64,000 bases of DNA from an uncultured Thermoleophilia bacterium (GCA_963700035.1 CAVOWE010000019.1:18561-82560), one strand, 5' to 3'. Positions 47,822 to 60,249 are shown, counted from the first letter of the stretch. The notes: generated from the letters alone by a model not told the origin. Program-made: numbers and translations.

Positions 47822-48940
47822 TCAGACGCCGCGGCGCTCCAGCCACACCTCAAACGCCTCCAGCCCCTCGCCGAAGGCGACGCGCCCGAGACCGAAACGC
47901 ACGTGGGCGTCGCCGTAGTCGAACACCGTGGAAGGGAGGAGCAGGACGCCGGCCTCCTCGACGAGGCGCCGGCAGAAGGCGAGCGCGCCTTCGGCCGCGC
48001 CGAGGCGCGCAAAGCAGACGCTGCCGGCGCGCGGCCGAGAGAGGCTCAGGAGACCCGGCCTCCGCGCCACAAGGGCCTCGAGCTTGTCGAGGTTGTCCGC
48101 GATGGTCCGCAGATTGCGGGCGACGATCCTCTCGCGCTCGCGCAGGCCGATGAGCGCAAGGATCTCGCCCGGCGCGCTGGCGCAGATCGTCGTGTAGTCC
48201 TTGTAGGCCGCGAGCCGTGCAAGGAGCTCGCGGTCGCGCGTCGCGAGCCAGCCTACACGCAAGCCGGGCAGCGAGTAGGTCTTGGACATGCCCGAGAGGG
48301 CGACGGCCTTGTCGTAGAGCTCGGCGGCCGAGGGCAGCCGCGTCGCTGGATCCTGCTCGAGCCCTTGGTACATCTCGTCGGAGAACACGTATGCCCCGGC
48401 CTCAGCGGCGAGGTCGAGCAGCTCCCGGTACTCGGCGGTAGTCGGAAGGTGACCCGTCGGATTGTGGGGGAAGTTGGCGACGATCAGCCGCGTGCGCGGG
48501 CGCAGCTCGCGGCGCACGAAGGCGGGATCGAAGCGCCAGCCTTGTTCCTCGTCGGGCTCCCAGTAGGTGACCTCGCAACCTAGCCCCTCGGCGATCCCGT
48601 AGAGCGTCTGATAGCCGGGGTGGGTGGCGATGACGTGATCGCCGGGCTCGAGCAGCACGGTCATGGCGATGAGAACGCCCTCCTCGGGCACGACCTCGAG
48701 GACGTCGTCGGCCGAGAACCCGCGGTAGAGGCCGGCGATCTCGTCGCGCAACTGGGGCAGGCCCGGCGACTCGGTGTAGCCGAGCCGCAGGGCCTCCCAG
48801 AGCCCGCGGCATTCGTCGTCGGCCCAGGAGACCACCTCGGCCATAGGGTAGCTCTCGCAGTCGGAGCTGGCGACAAGGTGACGCGCGCTGAACTCGTACC
48901 GGGCCATGTATCGTTCGAGACGGAACTCTTCGTGCCTCAT
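47822..48940 (-). CDS. Class I/II PLP-dependent aminotransferase
   Basis: 372 aa. GYTESPGLPQLRDEIA, ANFPHNPTG, and SGMSKTYSLPGLRVGWL carrying the PLP lysine. Confidence 0.8.
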   Translation of the reverse strand: MRHEEFRLERYMARYEFSARHLVASSDCESYPMAEVVSWADDECRGLWEALRLGYTESPGLPQLRDEIAGLYRGFSADDVLEVVPEEGVLIAMTVLLEPGDHVIATHPGYQTLYGIAEGLGCEVTYWEPDEEQGWRFDPAFVRRELRPRTRLIVANFPHNPTGHLPTTAEYRELLDLAAEAGAYVFSDEMYQGLEQDPATRLPSAAELYDKAVALSGMSKTYSLPGLRVGWLATRDRELLARLAAYKDYTTICASAPGEILALIGLRERERIVARNLRTIADNLDKLEALVARRPGLLSLSRPRAGSVCFARLGAAEGALAFCRRLVEEAGVLLLPSTVFDYGDAHVRFGLGRVAFGEGLEAFEVWLERRGV

Positions 48941-49139
48941 GACATCCTCCGGCTCAGGCGGGTGGTCCTCGCGGGGAGCGAGACGCCCGCCATGGTATCA
49001 GGTGGGGGCGGCGGCACGACGGGCCTGGGTGGCGGGCGTTTGGCACACGAGCCCGTCCGGGCATGTCAGCAGCGATCAGGGAAGATGGCAGCCGGGCCAC
49101 AGTCGCAGCGCCCGGCCGCTCAGCCAAGGAGGAACCGAC

Positions 49140-49583
49140 ATGCCCGACGCCCAACGCACCGCACACGTCATCTGGGAGGGCACGCTTGCCCAAGGCGCCG
49201 GCGCCGTGACGCTGACGAGCAGCGGCGCCGCCGGGCCCTTGCCCGTCACGTGGGCCTCGCGCACCGCGCGCTCCGAGGGCAAGACCAGCCCCGAGGAGCT
49301 CGTCGCCGCGGCGCACGCGAGCTGCTACTGCATGGCGCTCTCGGGCATCCTCGGGGAGGCCGGCACGCCGCCCGAGAGGCTCGAAACGAGCGCCACGGTC
49401 ACGTTCGCGCAGATCGAGGGAGGGTTCAAGGTCGCGAGCTCCGCGCTCGCCGTGAAGGGCACCGTCCCCGGCCTCGACGCCGCAGGCTTCAAGGAAGCTG
49501 CCGAGGCGGCCAAGGTCGGCTGCCCCATCTCGGGCGCCCTGAAGAACAACGTGGAGATCACGGTGGTGGCCGAGCTGGCGTAG
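49140..49583 (+). CDS. osmC: OsmC-family peroxiredoxin
   Basis: AAGGAGG precedes ATG 49140. TSPEELVAAAHASCYCMAL and AAKVGCPISGAL carry the two conserved OsmC cysteines. Confidence 0.85.
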   Translation: MPDAQRTAHVIWEGTLAQGAGAVTLTSSGAAGPLPVTWASRTARSEGKTSPEELVAAAHASCYCMALSGILGEAGTPPERLETSATVTFAQIEGGFKVASSALAVKGTVPGLDAAGFKEAAEAAKVGCPISGALKNNVEITVVAELA

Positions 49584-49635
49584 ATCGAGGGCGGCCGGCG
49601 TGCACTCGCCCCGCCAGGACGTGTAGCCTTGCCTC

Positions 49636-52600
49636 ATGGCGAAGCCGCACGCAAAGACCAGGAGCGCGACGAGCGCGCCGGCCCTGCGGGCCGGCGCGCT
49701 CGTCGCGCTCCTCGCCGCGGTGCTGGTCGTCGCGGCCGCCGTCGCTCCGGCGTCGCGCGCCGCCGCTTCAGACTGGCGCTCGCCCTTCCTGCTCCAGCCG
49801 GGGACCGGCCTCTTCGCGCAGTACGGCTACCAGCCAGACCACACCCGCAACGTCCCGGTGTTCGATTCCGCCGATCGTGCCTACATCCGCAGCCGCACCG
49901 CCAACGGCTCGTACTCGTCCTACGTCGACACGCTCGTCGACGGCAAATGGACGGAGCTTGATTTCAGCGCTGCGCTCCTCGCCGCCTTCCCCGACTTCGT
50001 GGGCACGGTAGGTGCCGGCGGCTGGCTCAGTGAAGGCGTGGTCTTCGATCGCCAGGACCGCGCCTACAACCCCCTCACGATCCAGCTCACCGACGGAAGC
50101 ACGCGCAACGTCCTCATGGTCTCCCGGGACCTCTGCCGCACATGGAAGGTCTTCGAGCTCCCCGCCGGTGAGTTCACCGTGGAGCACTGGGTGGGGCACA
50201 ACGAGATCGACGGGCCGCCGTTCCTGGCCTTCTGGCGGCCCACGCCGCTGCCCGACGACGGGCGCCTCGGCGAGCGCTTCTCCCTGTGGGTGACCAAGCC
50301 GTACCTGGACGGCGAGCGTCTCGTCGTCCCCACGCCCACACACGTGACCGACGACTGCCTCGGCATGAACAAGCACTCGGGCGGCGCCTCGTTCGCGGTC
50401 ACGCACGAAGGCTCGACGTGGTTCGTATGGCCCGGCAGCGCCACAGGCCGGGCGCCGGGCGTGCCCCAGTTCGTCGCCCGGTACGACCACGCCAGCGGCG
50501 CCGTGAGCCGGCCGCTGCTGCTGTTCAGCACACCGCAGAGCAACGACCCCCACAACAAGCCGGGCATCTGCATCGACAGCCAGGGCTACCTGCACGTCGC
50601 GGGCGGCACGCACGGTACGGCGGTCCCGTATGTGCGCTCCGCCGTGGCCTACTCGAGCGAAGCCGGGTGGACACTCCCGGAGCCGGTGCTCGGCCGACGG
50701 CTACGTGGGCAACGGCGACGAATCCGGCCCATCCGCCCGCCAGACCTACGATGCGTTCGTCTGCGACTCGCAGGACACCCTGCACCTCGTCACCCGCCAG
50801 TGGCGACGCGGCGCCGACGAGCCGTTCCCCGGCCGGACCTACGGCGCTCTCATCCACCAGAGCCGGCCCGCCGGCGGCACCTGGAGTGCCCCGACGGTCA
50901 TCGTGGTCCCGCCGGCTCCGGGCTACGCCATCTTCTATCACAAGCTCGCGCTCGACCATCGCGACCGCTTGTTCCTGTCGTGCAGCTACGTCGGCGGCGC
51001 CGAGCTCGTCGCCGACCGCGCCCTTACCGCCGGCATGGGGGTGCTCGGCCGCGCTCAGCCGGGGTACGGCAAGTACCGGCGCCGCATGCTGCTCGTCTCC
51101 GACGACGGAGGGTCGGCCTGGCGCTTCGCCACCAACGAGGACCTCTCTGGGGAGGCCGGCGCGGCGGGCACGGCGCGCGCGCCGGCCCCCACAACGGCGC
51201 AGCACGGTGACGCGCTCCTTCCGGGCTTGCGCTGGCTCAGCCCGACGCCCCAGGGCAACCAGCTGACGGCCATCGATCTCGTGGGCGGCACGGAGGGGTG
51301 GGCGGTCGGCACTCACGGGACGATCATGAAGACGACCGACGGAGGACTCACCTGGAGCAGCCAGCTCGCGCCGACCGAGGCCCACCTCTTTGGCCTGGCG
51401 GCCGTCGACCGCACCACGGCCTGGGCGGTGGGCGAGGGCGGCGTGATCCTGCGCACCGTCGACGGCGGCGCCACGTGGAGACAGCAGGTGAGTGGCACGA
51501 CCGAGGGCCTGTTCGCCGTGACGGCGCTCTCGGCGCGCCGCGCCTGGGCGGTGGGGACGCGGGGCCTCGCCCTGCTCTCCACCAACGGCGGCCGGAGCTG
51601 GCAGCGCCGACCGACGCGCATGCACGACAACCTGTTCGCTGTCGCGTTCACCGATCGGCTGCACGGCTGGCTCGCCGGCAGCTCCGGCCACATCCTGGTC
51701 ACGCGCGACGGCGGAAAGAGGTGGCGCGTGCAGCGCTCGTCGACCACCGCCCGCCTCCACGGCGTCGCCTTCCACGATCCCCTTCACGGCCTCGCCGTCG
51801 GCGCCGGCGGGCTCGTGCTGCGCACCGCCGACGGCGGACGGACCTGGCTCAGGGCGACCTCGGGCGTGAGCTCGCAGCTCAACGCGGTGCGCATGGCCTC
51901 GGCCACGGCGGCGTGGATCACCGGCGCCCACGGCGTCGTGCTCGCGACCAGCGACGGCGGCAGCACGTGGCGGCGCGACAGCCTCCCCGCGAGCGGGATG
52001 GCCGGCGCCCTGGACCTCGGGCCGCGAGGTACCCTGTGGACCGCCGGCGCAGCCGGTTCGGTGTGTCGCAGCATCGACGCCGGCCGCTCCTGGTCGCGCC
52101 TCACCGACGGCTTCACCGGCTCGCTGCACGGAGTCACGTCGCGCGGCGACGAGCTCTGGGTGGCGGGCAGCGACGGCCTGCTCGCGCGGAGCAACGGCGG
52201 CGCCTGGCAGCCCATCGTGCTCGGGAGCACGGCGACCGTGGAGGACCTCAGCTTCGGCGACGCCGACGGCTGGCTGGTGGGTCAGCGGGGGCTCGTGGCG
52301 CACAGCATCGACGACGGACGCACGTGGGTGCGCATCCAGACGCCGGCGACTGCGGACCTCTTCGGCGTGGCAGTCTGCGGTCCCAGACGCGCCTGGGTGG
52401 CCGGCGACCGCGGCACGCTGATGAGCACGGATGACGGGGGCTCGAGCTGGCGCTCGAGGAGCGTTGTCGCCAACGACCTCCGCTGCCTCCACTTCCTCGA
52501 CGCCGCACACGGCTGGGCCGGAGGCGGCGCGCCCTACGGCGAGGGACGTGCGCTGGTGCTGCGCAGCGGCGACGGCGGCGCGAGCTGGGAGCGGCTCGAA

Positions 52601-52999
52601 GCCCCGATCTGGGGGCGCATCAACGCCCTGACCTTCATCGATGGCGAGCACGGCTGGGCGGCCGCGGAGGACTGGGGCGCCGACGGAGACACCCCACAGG
52701 GCACGATCCTGGCGACCAGCGACGGCGGGCGCAGCTGGGTGCCGCAAGCCACCTCGGCGGCGGTCCTCACGAGCATCTCGATGGACGCAGGCGGCTTCGG
52801 CTGGGCGTTCGGCGCGACTGGTACGGCGCTGACCTCGAGCGACGGCGGCGCGTCGTGGCAGGCAGTGGGCTCAGGCACCGACAACACCCTGCGCGCCTGC
52901 TGGGTACCCAGTCCGGGCGCCGGCCCGGCGGACGGCGTCGCCGGGTGGGTCGTGGGCGACGACGGGACCGTGCTGGCACTGGACGCCGCGGCGCGCTGA
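49636..52999 (+). CDS. Large secreted protein: N-terminal BNR_4-like domain plus two C-terminal Ycf48/BNR-type beta-propellers. Frame broken once as assembled.
   Basis: Signal peptide ALVALLAAVLVVAAAVAPASRAAA. ORF 49636..51210 reads cleanly to ...GWTLPEPVL. A +1 shift near 50692 joins ORF 50630..52999 (ADGYVGNGDESGPSARQTYD...). At least 14 repeats of the (T/S)xDGGxxW type follow (TTDGGLTWS, TVDGGATWR, STNGGRSWQ, TRDGGKRWR, TADGGRTWL, TSDGGSTWR...). 3364-1=3363 nt. Confidence 0.7.
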
Positions 53000-53000
53000 G

Positions 53001-53021
53001 CGCGGCGCCGAGGGCGCCGCG
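53001..53021. terminator. Short GC hairpin between the convergent BNR gene and the HAD gene (possible bidirectional terminator)
   Basis: cgcggcgcc-gag-ggcgccgcg, directly between the two stop codons. No U-tract. Confidence 0.25.
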
Positions 53022-53764
53022 TCAGAGGCCGAGCGCCGCCGGCAGCTCGGCCAGCGACTCGATGCGCGGCAGTGGGGCGCCGACGGCTCGACCGCCGCGG
53101 TCGAGCAGGATGGCGCGGCAGCCGCAGGCGAGCGCGCCCTTCACATCGTCCTCCACGCTGTCGCCGACCATCACGGCGGCCTCCGGAGCGACGTCCAGCC
53201 GCGCAGCATGGTCTCGAACATCGCGGCGGCGGGCTTCACCACGCCGACATCGGCGCTGGACACGCCGGCGCAGATCAGGCCGTCCAGGGCGAAGTGCGCC
53301 ACGACCTCCTCGAGGCTGTGGCCGAGCGCGTTGGAGACCAGCGCCGCGCGTACCCCTGAGTCGCGCAGCGTTCGCAGGCACGGCAGGACGTCGTCGTAGA
53401 GCCCGAAGTTCTCGGCTCGGGACCAGGCGGTCGCGATCGCCGCGACAGTCGCTGCGACTCCCCCGGGATCGCCGCCGCCGAGGCCCTCGATGACGGCACC
53501 GGCGATCACCTCGAGCAGCGCGTCGTCGTGCGCTTCGCCGGTCTGGCGACGGCGCGCTTTGACGGCGGCGTAGGCGGCGCGCTCCGCCTGCGGCCAGCGC
53601 GCCGCGTCGAGGCGCAACCCGAAGCGCGCGCCGGTACGCACGTACCCCGGCGCCTCGAACTGATCGCTGGGACGCAGCAGGGTGTAGTCGAGGTCGAACA
53701 TGACCAGTCGCGGGGTGGGCAGCGGGAGCTCGGACGGCGAGGCGGCAGGGGATGCGTCAGGCAT
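53022..53764 (-). CDS. HAD-superfamily hydrolase (subfamily IA-like); frame broken once as assembled
   Basis: MPDAS...[12 protein letters not shown] (motif I DxDxT), ALVSNA (motif II), and [13 protein letters not shown] shift near 53200 then gives [23 protein letters not shown] (motif IV). 743+1=744 nt. Confidence 0.7.
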
Positions 53765-54679
53765 CCACATCGTCCCTCGCGAGCGAGCAGCTCGGCGGCG
53801 CGATACGAGGAGCGCACGAACGGCGCCGCCGTGACCTTGAGGCCGAGGTCGGATCCGCGACGCTCGTACTCTCGGAACTCCTCGGGCGCGACGTAGCGGG
53901 CCACGGCCAGGCAGCCGGCCTCGGGCTGCAGGTACTGGCCGATGGTGACCACGTCGACCGCGGCCGCGGCGCAGTCGGCGAGCACCGCCGCGACCTCTCC
54001 GGCCGTCTCGCCGAGGCCGACCATGAGACCGCTCTTGACGAGCGGCCGGGCGAGGGGGGCTCCGTCGGAGCTCGTGTCGCGCGCCCAGGACGCCGCCCTC
54101 CGCAGGAGCTGCAGCGAGCGTTCGTAGTCGGCCTGTGGCCGCACCTCGGGGTAGAGGCGCGGCACCGTCTCGAGGTTGTGATCGAGCACGTCCGGACGGG
54201 CGGCGAGAACGATCGCGAGCGCCGCCTCGTCGCCGCCCAGGTCGGGGATCAGCACCTCGACGGTGGCCGGCGGCAGCTCCGCGCGCACGGCTTCGACGGC
54301 GGCGGCGAAATGGCCGGCCCCGCCGTCGGGGAGGTCGTCGCGGGTGACGCTCGTGACGACGACGTGGCGCAGGCCCAGGCGCCGGGCCGCCTCCGCGACG
54401 CGGCGCGGCTCGTCGGCGTCGACGGCGCGCGAGCCGGCCGCGCTCGACGGTCTGCACCGCACAGAAGCGGCAGCCGCGGGTGCAGGAGTCGCCGAGGATG
54501 AGAAACGTCGCCGTGCCGGAAGAGAAGCACTCGCCCTTGTTGGGACAGCGCGCCTCGCGGCAGACCGTGTGCAGCTCGAGCTCATCGAGCAGGGCGCCGG
54601 TGGCGCGGAACTGCCGCGGCTCCGGCGCCCTGACCTTGAGCCAGGAGGGCTTGCGGCCGCGGTCGGGCGCGTCACTCAT
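53757..54679 (-). CDS. lipA: Lipoyl synthase LipA (radical SAM); frame broken at least once, and the 3' end needs a second shift, as assembled
   Basis: [25 protein letters not shown], and [10 protein letters not shown] (radical-SAM CxxxCxxC). A shift within 54425-54455 then gives [34 protein letters not shown]...[10 protein letters not shown]...[13 protein letters not shown]. The stop is only reached (DDVDA-TGA at 53759-53757) after another 1-nt shift near 53780-53800. 923-2=921 nt. Confidence 0.8.
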
Positions 54680-54705
54680 CGGATCGCGGAACGTCGCTCA
54701 TGGCC

Positions 54706-56076
54706 TCACAGGCCGTGCACGCCGCGCCCAAGGCCGCCCAGCGCGGCCTCCCCCACCGACTCGGCCAGCGTGGGGTGAGCGTGGATGGTGGCGGCTACAT
54801 CGGCCAGCGTCAGACCGGCGTGCACCGCCAGGGCGAGCTCGTGCACCAGCTCGGTGACGTGCGGCCCGATCAGGCTGGCCCCGAGCAGGCGCCCGCCGGC
54901 CGGCTCGCAGACGACGCGCACGAAGCCGTCGGGCTCTCCTTCGATGACGGCCTTGGAGTTGCCGTTGAAGCGCACCTGCGCGACCTCGTGCGCGACGCCC
55001 GCCGCCGCGGCCGCATCCTCGGTGAGTCCGCACGAGGCGACCTCGGGGGAGCTGAACACGCAGTTCGGGACCAGCGACCGGTCGCACTCGAGCGCCGCGC
55101 CGGTGACGGCGTTCTCGGCGGCGATCAAGCCTTGGTGGTAGGCCCAGTGGGCAAGGAGCGGCGGGCCGGCCACGTCGCCGGCGGCGAACACGCCGCCCAG
55201 CGTGGTGCGGCAACTCTCGTCGGTGACCACGAAACCGCGCGCGTCGATCTCGACGCCGGCCTCCGCGTAGCCGAGGCCGGCGCTCAGCGGCCGGCGGCCG
55301 ACGGCGACCAGCACGCGCGCGGCCGTGAGCTCGCGGCCGCCGGCGAGGCTGACGGTCACCCCGGCTTCCGAGCTCGCCGCCGCTTCCACCGCGGTCTTCA
55401 CGTGCACGACGATGCCACTCTTCTTGAAGGCCTGCTGCAACGTGCGGCCGACGCGCCGGTCCTCGCCGGGCAGGAGCTGATCGAGCATCTCGACAACGGT
55501 GACCGCAGTGCCGAGACGGGCGAAGACGCTGGCGAACTCGCAGCCGATCACGCCGCCGCCGACGATGAGCAGGCTCGCGGGGACGTGGTCGATGGCGAGC
55601 AGTTCATCGCTGGTCATCAGGCGCGGGTCACTCCAGTCGAAGAGGCCCATGCGCACCGGCTCCGAGCCGCTGGCGAGGATCACGGCGTCGCCGCTGAGCT
55701 CGCGGCCGTCGTCGAGGCGCAGGCGGCCGGGGCCGGCGAGCGCAGCCCGCCCGGCCACGACCTCGACCTTGCGCGCCTTCAGCAGGTGCGCGACGCCGTC
55801 ACGCAACTGCGTCGTGACGGCATCCTTGCGGGCCATGAAGGCGGAGAAGTCCAGAGCGACCTCCCCGGTCAGCACGCCGAAAGCGCCCGCCTCGCGGGCC
55901 GCGTGCAGACGCTGGGCGCCGGCCACCATGGCCTTGGTCGGGATGCAGCCGCGGTTCAGGCAAGTGCCGCCGATCTCGCGTGCCTCGACGAGCGTCACCT
56001 CTGCGCCCAGCTGCGCGGCGCGCCCGGCCGCCACGTAGCCGGCCGGCCCGCCGCCGAGCACCAGGATCCTGGTCAT
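54706..56076 (-). CDS. lpdA: Dihydrolipoyl dehydrogenase (E3 / L protein)
   Basis: MTRILVLGGGPAGYVAA, redox-active GGTCLNRGCIPTK, and C-terminal HAHPTLAE. ATG 56076 chosen over 56100. Confidence 0.9.
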   Translation of the reverse strand: MTRILVLGGGPAGYVAAGRAAQLGAEVTLVEAREIGGTCLNRGCIPTKAMVAGAQRLHAAREAGAFGVLTGEVALDFSAFMARKDAVTTQLRDGVAHLLKARKVEVVAGRAALAGPGRLRLDDGRELSGDAVILASGSEPVRMGLFDWSDPRLMTSDELLAIDHVPASLLIVGGGVIGCEFASVFARLGTAVTVVEMLDQLLPGEDRRVGRTLQQAFKKSGIVVHVKTAVEAAASSEAGVTVSLAGGRELTAARVLVAVGRRPLSAGLGYAEAGVEIDARGFVVTDESCRTTLGGVFAAGDVAGPPLLAHWAYHQGLIAAENAVTGAALECDRSLVPNCVFSSPEVASCGLTEDAAAAAGVAHEVAQVRFNGNSKAVIEGEPDGFVRVVCEPAGGRLLGASLIGPHVTELVHELALAVHAGLTLADVAATIHAHPTLAESVGEAALGGLGRGVHGL

Positions 56077-56089
56077 TGCCGCCTCCTCG

Positions 56090-56767
56090 TCAAGCCACAA
56101 GCTGCTGAAGGGCGGCGTCGAGCCGCACCAGCACGCGTTTCCAGATCATCTCCGGCGCGAGCACGTAGCCGGCTCCCGCCAGCCCGTCGCCTTGCCAGGG
56201 CTCGCCGAGCAAGGTCTCGGCGACCTGCACCAGCTCGTCGGGCGGGCGCCGCTCGAGCACCGACCCGTGCACGAGCACTCTCCCGGCGCGGCGCGCCTGG
56301 GCGACGGCGACCAGCTTCTCGCCGCGCGCCGTCAGATCGTGCCGCAGCACGCTCGCGAAGCAGAGGGCAGAACGCTGGTAGGGGGACGCGCGCGCTCCGT
56401 CCAGCGTGACGCCGAGCGCGTCGAGGGCGCCGGCGAAAGCGCCGGCCACGACGTCGTACGGCTTCGCCACGTCGAGGCCGGCGCGCGCTCCGGCGCCCAG
56501 CGCCCCCTCAGGGAAGGCTACGGCGAACGACCACTCGAAGCTCTCGCCGTGAAGCACGGCGCGGCCGCCGGAGGGCCGTCGCACCACGTCGAACGGCACC
56601 CCCGGCACCGTCTCGTACTCCTGGAACTTGCCCAGGGACAGCGCCGGCGGCGCCCACGTGTAGCGACGTGCGATGACTTCGTCCGCCGTCTCCAGCAGGC
56701 CCGTGTCGAGCGCCATCTGCGCACCACCTGCGGCGCGCAGCTCAGGCAGGACCTTGACGATGCTCAC
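56090..56767 (-). CDS. Lipoate-protein ligase/octanoyltransferase-family protein (LplA/LipM catalytic-domain type)
   Basis: 225 aa with GTG start. RRYTWAPPALSLGKFQ, VVRRPSGGRAVLHG and EKLVAVAQARRAGRVLVHGSV are the BPL_LplA_LipB domain motifs. Confidence 0.7.
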   Translation of the reverse strand: MSIVKVLPELRAAGGAQMALDTGLLETADEVIARRYTWAPPALSLGKFQEYETVPGVPFDVVRRPSGGRAVLHGESFEWSFAVAFPEGALGAGARAGLDVAKPYDVVAGAFAGALDALGVTLDGARASPYQRSALCFASVLRHDLTARGEKLVAVAQARRAGRVLVHGSVLERRPPDELVQVAETLLGEPWQGDGLAGAGYVLAPEMIWKRVLVRLDAALQQLVA

Positions 56768-56795
56768 GCGTTCCCCTGGGGAGACGAGCGGCGCC

Positions 56796-58269
56796 TCAGG
56801 CGCAGCTGTCGCCGTCCTCCGGGAACCGTTGATGCAGCACGGGGTGACGGGCGGCTTCGGCTTCGTCGAGCCGCCTCACCGGCATCGAGAGCGGCGCCTC
56901 GCGCAGCATCTCCGCATCGGTCACCGCTTCCGCGGCGACTGCGCGCAGCGCCTCGATGATGCGATCGAGGTCCTCGCGCGACTCGGTCTCTGTGGGTTCG
57001 ATCATGAGCGCCTCGTCGACGATCAGCGGGAAGTACGTCGTGGGCGGATGTACGCCATAGTCCAGCAGACGCTTGGCCACGTCCAGGGCACGGATGCCGT
57101 GCTCTTTGAGCGGCGACGCCGAGGCCACGAACTCGTGCATGCAGCGGCGCTCGAACGGCACGTCGAAGACGTCCTTGATGCCCTCCATCACGTAGTTGGC
57201 GTTGAGCACCGCCGTCTCGCTCACGCGCCGCAGCCCCTCGGGACCGAGCCCGCGGATGTAGGCGAAGGCGCGCACGAGCACGCCGAAGTTGCCGTAGAAC
57301 GTGCGCACCTTGCCGATCGACTGGGGACGGTCGTCGTCGAAGGAGAAGCGACCGTCCTCGGCCTTGACGACGACGGGCAGCGGCAGGAACGACGCCAAGG
57401 TGTCGCGCACGGCGATGGGCCCGGCGCCCGGTCCGCCGCCGCCGTGGGGCGTGCTGAACGTCTTGTGGGTGTTGAAGTGCACCACGTCGAAGCCCATGTC
57501 GCCGGGCCGGCTGATGCCGAGGACGGCGTTGCTGTTGGCGCCGTCGTAGTAGAGCAGGCCGCCGGCCTCGTGCACGAGCCGGGCGATCTCGGTGATGTTC
57601 TCGTCGAAGACGCCGAGGGTGTTGGGGTTGGTGAGCATCAGGCCGGCCAGATCGTCGTCGAGCAGCACCTTGAGCGCCTCGAGGTCGACCCCGCCGCGAG
57701 CGTCGCTGGTGACGGCGACGGGCTCGTACCCCGCCATGATGACGCTGGCCGGGTTCGTGCCGTGGGCGGTGTCGGGGATGATGATGCGCTTGGGGTCGCG
57801 CCCCTGCGCCTGGTGCGAGGCGCGCATGATGAGCAGGCCCGTGAGCTCCCCGTGGGCGCCGGCCGCCGGCTGCAGCGTGACGGCGTGGAGGCCGGCGATC
57901 TCGGCGAGCCACTGCTCGAGCTCGTACATCAGCTCGAGCGCGCCCTGGACGAGAGACTCCGGCTGGTACGGATGCAGGCCGGCGAAGCCCTCCAGGCGGC
58001 TGGCCACCTCGTTGACCTTGGGGTTGTATTTCATCGTGCAGGAGCCGAGCGGGTAGCTGCCGCTCTCGACCCCGAAGTTGAGCGTCGAGAGGAGTGTGAA
58101 GTGACGCAGAAGGTCCAGTTCGCCGACCTCGGGGAGGCGCGCCGGGGCGGTGCGGCGCAGGCCGGCCGGCACCAGCTCGCCCATCGGGACCTCGGGCACG
58201 TCGGTGACGGGCAGGCTGTAGGCCCGCCGCTCGCAGCACGACTTCTCGTAGATGGTGCGGCGATCGACG

Positions 58270-58277
<8 letters not shown>
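56796..58277 (-). CDS. gcvPB: Glycine dehydrogenase (aminomethyl-transferring) subunit 2
   Basis: ATG 58277 gives MPDVDRRTIYEKS...GSCTMKYNPKVNE...HFNTHKTFSTPHGGGGPGAGP.... It overlaps the gcvPA stop by 8 nt (ATGCCTGA). Confidence 0.9.
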
Positions 58278-59667
<1,390 letters not shown>

Positions 59668-59668
59668 G

Positions 59669-60061
59669 TCAGGCCTCGTCGAGGAAGGCCTTGTAGGCGT
59701 CGGCGTCCCAGAGATCGCCGATCTGGCCGGGGGCGGTCATGCGGACGCGCAGGATCCAGCCCTCACCGTAGCAGTCGTCGTTGACGCGCTGGGGCTCGTC
59801 CTCGAGCGCCTCGTTGACCTCGACGACCTCACCGGTCAGGGGCGCGAACACGTCGCTCACGGCCTTGACCGATTCCAGCTCGCCGTATGGCTTCCCCGCG
59901 CTGACCTCGTCGCCCACGGCCGGGAGATCGGCGTAGACGATCTCGCCGAGCGCGTCCTGCGCGAACCAGGTGATGCCGAACACGGCGTCCTCACCCTCGA
60001 TGCGCACCCAGTCGTGCTCCTTGTAGTACTTCAGATCCTGCGGATAAGTCTCGTCGGCCAT
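59669..60061 (-). CDS. gcvH: Glycine cleavage system H protein
   Basis: AGGAGG precedes ATG 60061. LKYYKEHDWVRIEGE, and GELESVKAVSDVFAP carrying the lipoyl-lysine motif ESVKA. 130 aa. Confidence 0.9.
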   Translation of the reverse strand: MADETYPQDLKYYKEHDWVRIEGEDAVFGITWFAQDALGEIVYADLPAVGDEVSAGKPYGELESVKAVSDVFAPLTGEVVEVNEALEDEPQRVNDDCYGEGWILRVRMTAPGQIGDLWDADAYKAFLDEA

Positions 60062-60164
60062 GGTGCCTCCTGTCGGCGCTGCCGTGGGTCGCTGACGAAC
60101 CTGCCCCCGGCGCGTGTGGCAGAAACGCCCGCGGGCCCGGGAGCCGCCGCTCCCGGCGCCGGCC

Positions 60165-60199
60165 AATAGAAAAAGACAGGGTGGAGTATCCACCCTGTC
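60165..60199 (-). terminator. Intrinsic terminator forming the expression platform of the glycine riboswitch
   Basis: Minus strand GACAGGGUGGA-UAC-UCCACCCUGUC (11-bp perfect stem) followed by UUUUUCUAUU. It lies between the aptamer and gcvH. There is no T-tract on the plus strand. Confidence 0.65.
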
Positions 60200-60249
60200 T
60201 GACGGCCGGCGCCCCAGCGGCGGCGCCATGTCATCCGGGGGGCCCGTCG

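Noticed and set aside
49140-49583. OsmC as a possible selenoprotein (some OsmC/peroxiredoxin-like families have Sec forms).
   Set aside because: Both conserved redox positions are encoded by TGC/TGT cysteine codons and the ORF has no internal TGA.
13400-54460. In-frame UGA (selenocysteine), UAG (pyrrolysine) or programmed frameshifting as the explanation for the broken genes.
   Set aside because: At each break the conserved protein continues in a different reading frame, not after a stop codon in the same frame. No slippery heptamer or common motif is shared by the sites. The MttB-like ORF has no internal TAG. Only selD has a genuine in-frame UGA.
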